DNA of 64,000 bases from Pecten maximus (lineage: Eukaryota), in the NCBI RefSeq assembly GCF_902652985.1, contig NC_047015.1:41292001-41356000 (forward strand). The letters are read 5' to 3'. The notes beneath the pieces are model-generated. The model ran no database searches and was not told the origin of the DNA. It saw only the letters and a program-made list of their open reading frames with translations. The position numbers were made by a program, and so were the translations under genes. Below, piece after piece: positions 24,130 through 38,337 of the stretch (positions within the stretch are counted from its first letter, which is position 1; each line of letters begins with the position of its first letter).

Positions 24130-26490
24130 TTACAACCTATACATGACAATATATACAGCCTCCACACCTGGTCAAGGCTGACCTAGACTTTCACAACCTA
24201 CATAACAATATCTACAGCCTCCACACCTGGTCATGGCTGACCTTGACTATCACAACCTACATAACAATATCTACAGCCTCCACACCTGGTCAAGGCTGAC
24301 CTAGACTCTCAAAACAAACGTAACAATATCTACAGCCTCCACACCTGGTCAAGGCTGACCTAGACTATCACAACAAACGTAACAATATCTACAGCCTCCA
24401 CACCTGGTCATGGCTGACCTAGACTCTCACAACAAACGTAACAATATCTACAGCCTCCACACCTGGTCAAGGCTGACCTAGACTATCACAACCTACATAA
24501 CAATATCTAGAGCCTTCACACCTGGTCAAGGCTGACCTAGACTCTCACAACCTACATAACAATATCTACAGCCTCCACACCTGGTCAAGGCTGACCTAGA
24601 CTATCACAACCTACATAACAATATCTACAGCCTCCACACATGGTCAAGGCTGACCTAGACTATCACAACCTACATAACAATATCTACAGCCTCCACACCT
24701 GGTCAAGGCTGACCTAGACTATCACAACCTACATAACAATATCTATACAGCCTCCACACCTGGTCATGGCTGACCTAGACTCTCACAACAAACATAACAA
24801 TATCTACAGCCTTCACACCTGGTCAAGGCTGACCTAGACTATCACAACCTACATAACAATATCTATACAGCCTCCACACCTGGTCAAGGCTGACCTTGAC
24901 TCTCACAACCTACATAACAATATCTACAGCCTCCACACCTGGTCATGGCTGACCTAGACTCTCACAACCTACATAACAATATCTACAGCCTCCACACCTG
25001 GTCAAGGCTGACCTAGACTATCACAACCTACATAACAATATCTATACAGCCTCCACACCTGGTCATGGCTGACCTAGACTCTCACAACAAACATAACAAT
25101 ATCTACAGCCTCCACACCTGGTCAAGGCTGACCTAGACTATCACAACCTACATAACAATATCTATACAGCCTCCACACCTGGTCAAGGCTGACCTTGACT
25201 CTCACAACCTACATAACAATATCTACAGCCTTCACACCTGGTCAAGGCTGACCTAGACTATCACAACCTACATAACAATATCTACAGCCTCCACACCTGG
25301 TCAAGGCTGACCTAGACTCTCACAACAAACGTAACAAAGTCTACAGCCTTCACACCTGGTCAAGGCTGACCTAGACTATCACAACCTACATAACAATATC
25401 TACAGCCTCCACACCTGGTCAAGGCTGACCTAGACTATCACAACCTACATAACAATATCTACAGCCTCCACACCTGGTCAAGGCTGACCTAGACTATCAC
25501 AACCTACATAACAATATCTACAGCCTCCACACCTGGTCAAGGCTGACCTAGACTATCACAACCTACATAACAATATCTACAGCCTTCACACCTGGTCATG
25601 GCTGACCTAGACTCTCACAACCTACATAACAATATCTACAGCCTCCACACCTGGTCAAGGCTGACCTAGACTCTCACAACCTACATACATCTAACAATAT
25701 CTACAGCCTCCACACCTGGTCAAGGCTGACCTAGACTATCACAACCTACATAACAATATCTACAGCCTCCACACATGGTCAAGGCTGACCTAGACTATCA
25801 CAACCTACATAACAATATCTACAGCCTCCACACCTGGTCAAGGCTGACCTAGACTATCACAACCTACATAACAATATCTATACAGCCTCCACACCTGGTC
25901 AAGGCTGACCTTGACTCTCACAACCTACATAACAATATCTATACAGCCTCCACACCTGGTCAAGGCTGACCTAGACTCTCACAACCTACATACATCTAAC
26001 AATATCTACAGCCTCCACACCTGGTCAAGGCTGACTTAGACTATCACAACCTACATAACAATATCTATACAGCCTCCACACCTGGTCAAGGCTGACCTAG
26101 ACTCTCACAACCTACATACATCTAACAATATCTACAGCCTCCACACCTGGTCAAGGCTGACTTAGACTATCACAACCTACATAACACTATCTACAGCCTC
26201 CACACCTGGTCATGGCTGACCTAGACTCTCACAACCTACATAACAATATCTACAGCCTCCACACCTGGTCATGGCTGACCTAGACTCTCACAACCTACAT
26301 AACAATATCTACAGCCTCCACACCTGGTCAATGGCTGACCTAGACTCTCACAACCTACATAACAATATCTACAGCCTCCACACCTGGTCAAGGCTGACCT
26401 AGACTCTCACAACCTTCATACATAACAATATCTACAGCCTCCACACCTGGTCAAGGCTGACCTAGAGTCTCACAACCTATATCTGCATCC
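24130..26490. repeat. 59-bp minisatellite (acagcctccacacctggtcaaggctgacctagactatcacaacctacataacaatatct)n, about 39 copies
   Basis: Direct periodicity; fades into degenerate related sequence out to about 26740. Confidence 0.97.
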
Positions 26491-28569
26491 TCCACACCAG
26501 TTTAAATCTCCTCGACACTTACCTGTAGGAATTCTCCAGGCATCTCAAAACCTACATAATATCTTTAACCTTTACTGTGACTTGATCAAGCCCCTAAAAG
26601 ACTTACCAGTACCTGTAGGAATTTTTACAGCAATGTGGATAGAGCCCCCATACCTGGTCAATTCTCCTAGGCAATTTACCTGTAGGAATTTTGATCCTTT
26701 AGTATACCTACATCTGATGTCATCCCTCCTTTTGGTTAAATCCTGACAGATGATTCCTATAACCTTTCTTATGAGACACAAATGATGGCAGATTATAGTG
26801 AATAAAAACTGAGATGTTATATTCCAGAAGTTGAGATGTACTGTACTAACTGTCAATAAATTGACTTTGTGTATATTGCTCAATCTTAGGGATGGTTTTA
26901 CACTCATGAACATCTCATATCCGGAAACATACACCCAGTATATATCTAACTATCTATCATATCCCTTCCATGTACTATACATAAGGTAGTGAACATCATA
27001 GCAGGCTTTGTTTATAAAATGTTGCTGTTACAATAATAAAAAAAACTTGTTTTTCCTGGATAATGTGATTCACACTGATTTCTAATGCACTGATGTGCCC
27101 CATATCTTGATGGGCCTATACAACCACACACAGAAACATAAAGACAAAACAGACATGGAAAACTCATTAGCTCTGGCCTCAACTCAAAACATATAACTGT
27201 TAAACATGTATCTGCCCAAATCCCGACCCCCTGGGGGTAGAGTAATATGTCTAGCTAGTGGCTACACCTCCCCCCCCTACAGCCTAGCTTCATAACAAAC
27301 ATTGTACCACTATACCAATGTACACACTTGTTTCCTGTCTGGAGAAAGGTCTGTCCCTACTGGTACTACCACATATAGTGAGGTTGTGTTGAAGTGAATG
27401 TTTTGGCTGTATAGAGCTAGGCCTAGGGACCAGACTCTGTGAAGGGTGTAATCTTTTAATCCAGTCTACTTGAGATGACAGGGTGAGTGTAGGAGGAGTA
27501 GGTCAGTAAAGTTTGTCCATCTTCCATTCTGTATTATATAACCAACCTCCATACCCCCACCACCAATTTTTTCCCCTCATTATCTTAAGTCATCTCAGTT
27601 ATGAAAGAAAATGTTTCATAATATTTTTGCTAACTCTCAATAATTATCACCACTCACTCAAACTTTTCCCAAAGACATACTGGAAGTTTCCGCTACGAGT
27701 TACTCACAATTACCACTTAATTAACTTTCCTCAATCATTTACTCATATCATCTGAAACTTTCCATAATCTATTATTACAGCTATTTTACACATCAATTTG
27801 ATATACAAGACAAGAGTCCCGACTCAAAGCCTCTCAATAATTTTCAAGCTCTATATGGTCTCCTACATCGGCTGCTCAAATGTTTACAGTTCCATAATAA
27901 ATGAATAAGTTACTGGAATTACTTATGGATTATCCTGTACATATTTGTTGATAACTGCTGCAGTGGGCCTTAATTTATGTTGGTGTCAAAATGCATTCCA
28001 TTTTATGAACAGTGGATGTTTCCACACTATCATACACATTTAGATGTTGGTATGTTTTTTAAGAGTTTGTGCAGGTTTACATCTCTGATTATTTAAAAAA
28101 AAAATGAACAGCTGAATCAAACAGGTGTTTCGACTACCGCAAGGTGCAGCCAATTCCGAGCGAAGCAGCATATGTACCAAAGCCTTGGGATAACAACCCG
28201 GAACAAGGTTATTCTTACACAAAATCGCATCATAGAAAAAAATAATAAACAAAGAAAACAAATTCTGTCACCATATTAAATAATTTTGCCCATAAGAGTC
28301 AGACATAAAATCTGAATTTGAATTTATCGTGACAAGAGAATCGATCACTATGATGAGCCTGTAGGACTAAGGTCATTAAGTACTATACTGGTGTAACAGC
28401 AGCAATATATTGGATGTTTGATTAGCTATTTCATTGCTGAATGTGTTCATTAAGGATCTGTACAGGGAATAACAGCTGATCAATTAATACCTAGAAACAT
28501 TTAATAAGCTAAATAAGCTGTGTGCAAGTCTTTACAGTGCAAATCTGTCTTCAGCATATAGTACACAAA

Positions 28570-29312
28570 TATACTACAGCATGTCAGGATCCTACAGCAT
28601 GTCTACAGCCTACATACTACAGCATGACTACAGCCTACATACTACAGCATGTCAGGATCCTACAGCATGTCAACAGCCTACATACTACAGCATGTCTACA
28701 GCCTACAAACTACAGCATGTCTATAGCCTACATACTACAGCATGTCTACAGCCTACATACTACAGCATGTCTACAGCCTACATACTACAGCATGTCTACA
28801 GCCTACATACTACAGCATGTCGGGATCCTACAGCATGTCTACAGCCTACATACTACAGCATGTCTACAGTCTACATACTACAGCATGTCTACAGCCTACA
28901 TACTACAGCATGTCAACAACCTACATACTACAGCATGTCTACAGCCTACAAACTACAGCATGTCAGGATCCTACATACTACAGCATGTCTACAGTCTACA
29001 TACTACAGCATGTCTACAGCCTACATACTACAGCATGTCTACAGCCTACATACTATAGCATGTATACAGCCTACATACTACAGGATGTCTACAGTCTACA
29101 TACTACAGCATGTCTACAGTCTACATACTACAGCATGTCTACAGCCTACATACTACAGCATGTCTACAGTCTACATACTACAGCATGTCTACAGCCTACA
29201 GCATGTCTACAGCCTACATACTATAGCATGTATACAGCCTACATACTACATGACTACAGTCTACATACTACAGCATGATCTACAGCCTACATACTACAGC
29301 ATGTCTACAACC
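28570..29312. repeat. 25-bp minisatellite (catactacagcatgtctacagccta)n
   Basis: About 30 copies with truncated variants. Confidence 0.95.
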
Positions 29313-31099
29313 TTCAAACACTTCTTGAAATAAATACATTTTATATCTAAAAAAAATAATTAAAAAAAAATTTATGATTATAAATTATAAATACTAACTT
29401 CCTTGATATAAAGCTATGCAAACATGCAATATCTTATACTTACTACATCATTTCTAACCTACTTTAGCATTAATTATCAAATACAGCCTAAATAAAAATG
29501 TTCAAAGGACCAAAGCCCCTGTTAGAATGTAATACTTCTTACTCTCTCACATCCAACATGCTTTTTATACTTATTAAGATATACGACTAACCTTTAATAC
29601 ATCATGATCACCACAGATCAGTAACTGTCGACAGAAAGCTTGACAAATATCCAAACTTTAGATTGTGACAAAAGCTACACCATTATGATGCAGGAAGTTT
29701 TATCGGCTGTAACAGTCTTTGAGGATAGAACATAATGTGTGATGCCTATGATCATCAATAGTGAAAGGCCAGACATGGGAAGTGTGGTGAAATAAGTCTT
29801 ATCATAAACATGACAACAGTCAGTATTTGAACTTGTAGTCTCAAACAATGATGAACTACACTTCACAAACGAACACCAGCCTCATAATTCACTTCATTTA
29901 ACTTTAGCCCTAGATAATACACAAGCTTAATACAAAGAGCCTAAAATCCAACAGTACCTCTCTCAACATCAACTCTAAAAGTCTATTATGGCTATAAAAC
30001 TGCAGATTTTTTTTATACATTTACTCAATCAGCATCACCAGGTGGCGTTCTGATAATCAATAGGTGCTGCCACCTACCCCAAGTCATGTCGGGGTCATGT
30101 AGCAAAGAAAACCTTTAACCTTTTCCCATTCTTCATTAGGAAACAGTTTTCACGTCTCCGGTGGCCTTGAAATAAAGGTTGTATTCTCATCCTTTATCTA
30201 ATTTTATGGAAGTTAGCGAACTATAGGTGGGCTAGCACTCATCCAGTAGAGGAGAACCTGTTTCAAAGAAACACTTACTATTCTATCAATTCACAAAAGA
30301 AAAAAAAAAGTTGACCTTTTCTTCAAAGGCTAATGAGAGGTTTAGAGTGTGAGTCTGTAATCTTTCTTTATGGGAAGTGATGTTATGTAATCCTTGTCCA
30401 AGTCAGGACTTAAAACCAGCTCTCCTATTCAATTCGGTGCAATTACCCCCCTCTCACAGTTGATGGATTACATCTGACCCAACTTCAGACTTGTCAGGAT
30501 AATTAACCCAAAATTATTCCAAGCAGATGGAGGAATATACCATGCTTTAATTCTGTATTGGTAATAACTACCCCATCCAAGTGGAACTCGTGGATTTTGC
30601 AATATCAGCCTTATTTCCAACATTTGATTATAGCCCAAATTTATTTCTATCGCAAACTTTTTAGAAGTACAGATTACAAAATAGACCTTGTATTTGTGTA
30701 ATGTTTTGTATAATGGTCCATTCCTAACAGGACTATATGAGGAGACAGTAGATTTGATTAACCTCTCAATTACCAACACAACTTCCTCTGAAGTGGGTAG
30801 CAACACTGTTATAGTGAGAGGTACATAAATAAAGACATTCCTTCCACAAAACAGCTGACATGTAGGATCCTGTTGGCAGATGGCTAAGGATATTGTTAAT
30901 AAAGCACAACATTTATCTGTTACTGCCTTTTCTAGCTGTCAGTAGAATAAACAGGGGCATGTTTCTACTCATTCGACCAGCCCCATCCTTCCTTTATTTT
31001 CACTTCCTCCCCAGTACCGGAGAGAACACATTCCAATACAATGATCTATGAATTTTCCAAGAAATCATCATCTCTGTACCCTTTTTCTTTTCTCTTCAG

Positions 31100-33855
31100 A
31101 CCATCCATCTCCCTGTCATCCTCTCCAAACCATCCATCTCCCTGTCAGCCTCCCCAAACCATCCATCTCCCTGTCATCCTCCCCAATCCATCCATCTCCC
31201 TGTCATCCTCCCCAAACCATCCATCTCCCTGTCATCCTCCCCAACCATCCATCTCCCCGTCATCCTCCCCAAAACCATCCATCTCCCCGTCATCCTCCCC
31301 AAACCATCCATCTCCCTATCATCCTCCCCAAACCATCCATCTCCCTGTCATCCTCCCCAAAACCATCCATCTCCCCGTCATCCTCCCCAAACCATCCATC
31401 TCCCTATCATCCTCCCCAAACCATCCATCTCCCTGTCATCCTCATCAAACCATCCATCTCTCCGTCATCCTCATCAAACCATCCATCTCCCCGTCATCCT
31501 CCCCAAACCATCCATCTCCCTGTCATCCTCATCAAACCATCCATCTCTCCGTCATCCTCATCAAACCATCCATCTCTCCGTCATCCTCATCAAGCCATCC
31601 ATCTCTCCGTCATCCTCATTAAACCATCCATCTCCCCGTCATCCTCCCCAAACCATCCATCTCCCTGTCATCCTCCCCAAACCATCCATCTCTCCGTCAT
31701 CCTCCCCAAACCATCCATCTCCCCTTCATCCTCCCCAATCCATCCATCTCCCTGTCATCCTCCCCAAACCATCCATCTCTCCGTCATCCTCCCCAAACCA
31801 TCCATCTCCCCGTCATCCTCCCCAATCCATCCATCTCCCTGTCATCCTCCCCAAACCATCCATCTCTCCGTCATCCTCCCCAAACCATCCATCTACCCGT
31901 CATCCTCCCCAAACCATCCATCTCCCCGTCATCCTCCCCAATCCATCCATCTCCCTGTCATCCTCCCCAAACCATCCATCTCCCTGTCATCCTCCCCAAA
32001 CCATCCATCTCCCTGTCATCCTCCCCAAATCATCCATCCCCCTGTCATCCTCCCCAAACCATCCATCTCCCTGTAATCCTCCCCAAACCATCCATCTCTC
32101 CGTCATCCTCCCCAAACCATCAATCTCCCTGTCATCCTCCCCAATCCATCCATCTCCCTGTCATCCCCCCAAAACCATCCATCTACCCGTCATCCTCCCC
32201 AAACCATCCATCTCCCTGTCATCCTCCCCAAAACATCCATCTCCCTGTCATCCTCATCAAACCATCCATCTACCTGTCATCCTCCCCAAACCATCCATCT
32301 CCCTGTCATCCTCCCCAAAACATCCATCTCTCCGTCATCCTCATCAAACCATCCATCTCCCTGTCATCCTCCCCAAACCATCCATCTCCCTGTCATCCTC
32401 CCCAAACCATCCATCTACCCGTCATCCTCCCCAAACCATCCATCTACCCGTCATCCTCCCCAAACCATCCATCTCCCCGTCATCCTCATCAAACCATCCA
32501 TCTACCTGTCATCCTCCCCAAACCATCCATCTCCCTGTCATCCTCCCCAAACCATCCATCTACCCGTCATCCTCCCCAAACCATCCATCTCTCTGTCATC
32601 CTCCCCAAACCATCCATCTACCCGTCATCCTCCCCAAACCATCCATCTACCCGTCATCCTCCCCAAACCATCCATCTCCCCGTCATCCTCCCCAAACCAT
32701 CCATCTCCCTGTCATCCTCCCCAAACCATACATCTCCCTGTCATCTTCCCCAATCCATCCATCTCCCCGTCATCATCATCAATCCATCCATCTCCCTGTC
32801 ATCCTCCCCAAACCATCCATCTCCCCGTTATCCTCATCAATTTATCCTTCCCCCTGTCATCCTCTCCAGACCATTTCCACCCCATCATCATCATCAATCC
32901 ATACTTCCCCCTGTCATCCTCCCCAAACCATCCATCTCCCCGTCATCCTCATCAATTTATCCTTCCCCCTGTCATCCTCTCCAGACCATTTCCACCCCAT
33001 CATCATCATCAATCCATACTTCCCCCTGTCATCCTCCCCAAACCATCCATCTCCCCGTCATCCTCATCAATTTATCCTTCCCCCTGTCATCCTCTCCAGA
33101 CCATTTCCACCCCATCATCATCATCAATCCATCCATCTCCCTGTCATCCTCCCCAAACCATCCATCTACCCGTCATCCTCCCCAAACCATCCATCTACCC
33201 GTCATCCTCCCCAAACCATCCATCTCCCCGTCATCCTCCCCAAACCACCCATCTCCCTGTCATCCTCCCCAAACCATCCATCTCTCTGTCATCCTCCCCA
33301 AACCATCCATCTACCCGTCATCCTCCCCAAACCATCCATCTCCCTGTCATCCTCCCCAAACCATCCATCTCCCTGTCATCCTCCCCAAACCATACATCTC
33401 CCTGTCATCTTCCCCAATCCATCCATCTCCCCGTCATCATCATCAATCCATCCATCTCCCTGTCATCCTCCCCAAACCATCCATCTCCCCGTCATCCTCA
33501 TCAATTTATCCTTCCCCCTGTCATCCTCTCCAGACCATTTCCACCCCATCATCATCATCAATCCATACTTCCCCCTGTCATCCTCCCCAAACCATCCATC
33601 TCCCCGTCATCCTCATCAATTTATCCTTCCCCCTGTCATCCTCTCCAGACCATTTCCACCCCATCATCATCATCAATCCATCCATCTCCCTGTCATCCTC
33701 CCCAAACCATCCATCTCCCTGTCATCCTCCCCAAACCATCCATCTCCCTGTCATCCTCCCCAAACCATCCATCTCCCCGTCATCATCATCAATCCATACT
33801 TCCCCCTGTCATCCTCTCCAGACCATTTCCACCCAATCATCATTCTTCCCCAACC
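31100..33855. repeat. 29-bp C-rich minisatellite (ccatccatctccctgtcatcctccccaaa)n with higher-order variants in the 3' part
   Basis: About 90 copies; extreme strand skew. Confidence 0.97.
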
Positions 33856-34169
33856 ACTCCTCCCAGCTAACATCCTGTCCAATACAGAACCATGTAACTT
33901 GGAGTGGTAGATGTAAATCACACAGTTGTAGGATGTATGCATGTTTTATCATCTCTTAAACTGATATTTCTCCAGAGGAAACCAATTTGTCATACTCAGA
34001 AAAGTACAATCTCATCTGGGTAACATTGCAGGCTCTGCAGCCATGCAGTTTCCCTTGAGATATATCTGTGCAAATTGTGCATGTAGTCTCATTCATGTGA
34101 ATACTCCCACCTTATACAGCTGAATATTCTGCAGTGTTTGCCTTCTTCTCACATTTTTAAATGTGTTAA

Positions 34170-34630
34170 CACAATGGCAACTGTTAAGCTCTTAACACCA
34201 TGGCAATTTCTGACCTTCCTTACACATGTCAATTGTTGACCTACTTCCTTACATCATGTCAATTGTTGACCTACTTCCTTACATCATGTCAATTGCTGAC
34301 CTACTTCCTGATACAATGTCAATTGTTGACTTACTTCCTTACACCATAGCAATTGTTGACCTACTTCCTTACACCATGTCAATTGTTGACCTACTTCCTT
34401 ACACCATGTCAATTGTTGACCTACTTCCTTACATCATGTCAATTGCTGACCTACTTCCTGATACAATGTCAATTGTTGACTTACTTCCTTACACCATAGC
34501 AATTGTTGACCCACTTCCTTACACCATATAGCAATTGCTGACCTATTTCTGAACACCATGACAATTGTTGACCTACGTTTTAACACCATGGTAATTGCTG
34601 ACCTACTTCTTAGCATCTTGGCAATTGTTA
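34170..34630. repeat. 30-bp minisatellite (tgtcaattgttgacctacttccttacacca)n
   Basis: About 14 copies; each unit has a gtcaa-ttg-ttgac mini-hairpin. Confidence 0.92.
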
Positions 34631-36051
34631 TATCAAATGCTGACGTCTTAACCCTCCATACAAATTCTGACATGGAAAAATATTTGTTTGCTTGAAAAAA
34701 AAGATATACATTTCTACCCAATCATACCAAGAATATTCTTATTCTGTAATCATAAGATATACCACCTAAATACAAAAATGACATCAGAAATTTTGTAATA
34801 GAACATCGGGAACAACTGATTTAACACTCTATCTTACACTACCATATAACCAATACTTATTACCCCGCTTACATCTGCAGGTTAGAGAAAATTACTGAAG
34901 AAATTTGTATATCATTTCTTTGAGGATGTAATTTAAATTACATACTTTTTGTAGCTGAGAATTTGTAATAAATGAGATTTTGTTTGGTGAGGTTTCTGAG
35001 TGTTCTGACAGTAGGATGTATATATCTAAAGATGTATAGGGAGTACAGGTAAAACTGTCATGTATGGTTAGCAGTGCCATCTACAAACAGAATAATCTAA
35101 CAACCTCCAGTAAACTAAAGGAATAAAACTCTTCAAACATTAATTGACAATTAACAGTTTCCATTTTTTACACAGGTTCTTTCATAACGTAGAATTTTCA
35201 AGTAACCCCGGGTAGCATTTTCAGGTGGTCACATATAATATGGTATGAACAGACCTTGCTAGTACAAGTTGTAGAGTTAACAATAATTTATGATATGTGG
35301 CTCGACTTTATGAGTTACATCAAATTACGTTAATAAAGAATTAATTGAAAATGTCTGGGTCCCCACCCACTTCTATCATCATTTACACATTACAGCTAAT
35401 CAAGTAAAAGAACTTTATGAAGGTAAAATAACAAATCACTTCTCACTATATCCATGTTTCTTATGATAAATCATGTTTTTTACTATTAATCAATTTTTCT
35501 GTCTAAAGAAATTATCCACCTATTAACTGATCAGATCTGTTTTGGCCATTACTCTGAAACATGCTACCCTCATATGATCGAAGCTGTTGCTAGGCCATTT
35601 AAAATCTTATTCTAAAAACAATTACTATATACATGTATTGTGATCATGATTTTTGCTATACAATATCCGATCCTGTAATCATGTAGACATTTCAACATTC
35701 AGTACGAAATATATTCCAGTTGCAGTTCTTTTCTTTTCATGAAGTAATGTGTCAGCTGCCAATTATAATGGACAAATAAACACATGATATGGGGGTCCCT
35801 CATCCAACTTAAAAGGGGTCATGTATGAGCTTTGACTTTTAACTTGATTGATATTCACCAACATCTAAGGTGATGTAGCATCTGACGGCATGATATTACG
35901 ATGTGAACAGAAACAAAAATATGTCCAGTGGTTCATGAGATTATCATACACACAAGTTTTGCAGACAAATGGAATGCAAACAGAAAGGGATGGACAGATA
36001 CTGTATTTACTACAACCCCAAACTGAGTGGGGGTGAGGGGGTGAAATAATA

Positions 36052-36388
36052 TCAGGACAAAGGCAACTTAGGATCAGTAGATTAGGACAAAAGCAACTTA
36101 GGATCAGTATGTTAGGACAAAAGCAACTTAGGATCAGTGTATTAGGATGAAGAAAACTTAGGATCAGTTTTATTAGAATAAGGAAACTTAGGATCAGTAG
36201 ATTAGGACAAAAATCTTAGGATCAGTTTAATTAGAATAAGGAAATTTAGGATCAGTAGATTAGGACAAAGAAAACTTAGGATCAATTTTATTAGAATAAG
36301 GAAACTTAGGTTCAGTAGAATAGGACATATAGGAAACTAAGGATAACTTTTATCAGAATTCGGAAACTTAGGATTTGTAGATTAGGAG
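36052..36388. repeat. Degenerate ~30-bp tandem repeat (aacttaggatcagtagattaggacaaa...)
   Basis: About 11 copies. Confidence 0.85.
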
Positions 36389-36542
36389 TATGTCTGACTT
36401 TTAGGCTACCTGTATGGTTGTGCCCTCAAGGATATTGGCTCCTGGAACAAACCATTTCCTGGCACCTCAACCCTACAGCATTAATAGTACTTCCTAGACT
36501 GCATGCTTCGTCAATCATCCAATTTTACATCATACTACTTTG

Positions 36543-36945
36543 TCCTTGTTGTAGTACAGACAGGGTCATCCATTTGTTTTCCTTGTTGTAGTACAGACAG
36601 GGTCATCCATTTATTTTCCTTGTTATAGTACAGACAGGGTCATCCATTTATTTCCCTTGTTGTAGTACAGACAGGGTCATCCATTTATTTCCCTTGTTGT
36701 AGTACAGACAGGGTCATCCATTTATTTTCCTTGTTGTAGTACAGACAGGGTCATCCATTTATTTTCCTTGTTGTAGTACAGACAGGGTCATCCATTTATT
36801 TTCCTTGTTGTAGTACAGACAGGGTCATCCATTTATTTCCCTTGTTGTAGTACAGACAGGGTCATCCATTTATTTTCCTTGTTGTAGTACAGACAGGGTC
36901 ATCCATTTATTTTCCTTGTTATAGTACAGACAGGGTCATCTATTC
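36543..36945. repeat. 37-bp minisatellite (ccttgttgtagtacagacagggtcatccatttatttt)n
   Basis: About 11 copies. Confidence 0.95.
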
Positions 36946-36963
36946 ATTTTCTATCATTCTATA

Positions 36964-38108
36964 TTTTGTATTTATCTTGTTATCCTCCAATGCTTAATTT
37001 TCTGCTTTCAGAAAAAAAAATTCTTTATACATCTTCTCTTTAAGAGTTCCACTGTGGCATTCATCTCATATTAAAGGATTTCATGAATGTGATATATCAT
37101 TAATATATAATGGATGAGGTTTAAGAAAAAAAAACATTAACAGAATAGTCCTTGAAATATTAAGTCCACACATAATATTGGTCCTTTTTCTCGATGCATA
37201 CAAAATTCACCTCTAGAGACAATTTTAGAAATGATCCCTGTGCAACAGAGAATATTTAGGGCATTGACAGACATGGAAAGGAAATGCTCACCATAACTCA
37301 CTTCAGACGATTAATAGAACAAATTGCTTTACAATACTGTTGGAAGAATATTTGTGAACTATTTTATTTAATAATTATTATCTTTCCTGAATTTAATGTT
37401 ACACATATCATCATAAAGCAGCATTATATCTGATTTTCAAACTTGACATATTTATCATGCTCTAAATAAACTGTTTGTAAACACTGGTAATCAAGCATTA
37501 ACTATAGTTCTATACCATTTTGAAATCTAAGTTTAGAACAAATGTCATCCAACACACCCAAGTACACAACTGTGACAGGTATGAGTGGGTAACCAACAGG
37601 TGCATTGTCCAAATTAACCGCTGACCTGTACTACTGACGTGACCCTGGCCCTCACCACACTCATATCTCATAGGATCTTAATCAGTTACACAACCTACTC
37701 ATGATTTATGCCAGTTATCTCCCTTTGAATTAATGTATTAATTAGCATTATCTAATAATTCAAATTTGTCCAAGCATTGCAATCTGATGTATGTCTTAAA
37801 TGAGTCATTGATTAATACACATTTAATAAAACTTTGTAAAAGATGATTTATAAAAGATAATTTTTGAGTTTCTTAGATGGAAACCTTTTGATTAATAAAT
37901 ACATGTCACAGCTGGTGCAGAACTCTTTTAAAAGGAGGTACATATGACAGTGGAACTCTTTTAACTGGAGGTGCAAGTCACAGTCATGAACTCCTTTAAT
38001 ATGAGATGAATGCCTCAGTGGAACTCTTAAAGAGAAGATGTATAAAGAATTTTTTTTCTTCTGAAAGCAGAAAATTAAGCATTGGAGGATAACAAGATAA
38101 ATACAAAA
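36964..38108. repeat. Long inverted repeat: arms 36964-37092 and 37978-38108 (~130 bp each, near-identical), spacer ~885 bp
   Basis: The reverse complement of the left arm aligns to the right arm with about 3 substitutions and a small indel in a T/A run. Confidence 0.92.
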
Positions 38109-38287
38109 GGGGATATAGGAAATTAGAGGGAGGGGAGGAATATTATCTTGGGTGTTGTTTTGTTAGTTATTGTGCCAACAAAACTCATCTTTTGAGGAAT
38201 ACAATATGGTAGACAGCACTACAACACCACCAAAGTTCCAACTTCCATACACAGTTATCCCCCCTGAATCAAAAGCTTTGGACTTAC

Positions 38288-38337
38288 TCCTGTTCTTTGT
38301 GGTTCTTCGTGTATATGACCTTGAGTTGCCAGGGCGA
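38288..38337 (-). other. Candidate 50-nt non-coding (5' UTR) exon
   Basis: Minus-strand polypyrimidine tract ending ttcaacAG, then a purine-rich exon body and donor GGA|GTAAGT. Confidence 0.3.

Noticed and set aside
24130-26490. CRISPR-like appearance of regular repeats (here and in other arrays)
   Set aside because: No unique spacers, no cas genes, eukaryotic context.
31041-32076. Pro/Ser/His-rich extensin-like ORFs
   Set aside because: The 29-bp unit cycles through all frames, and the C-rich strand simply lacks stops.
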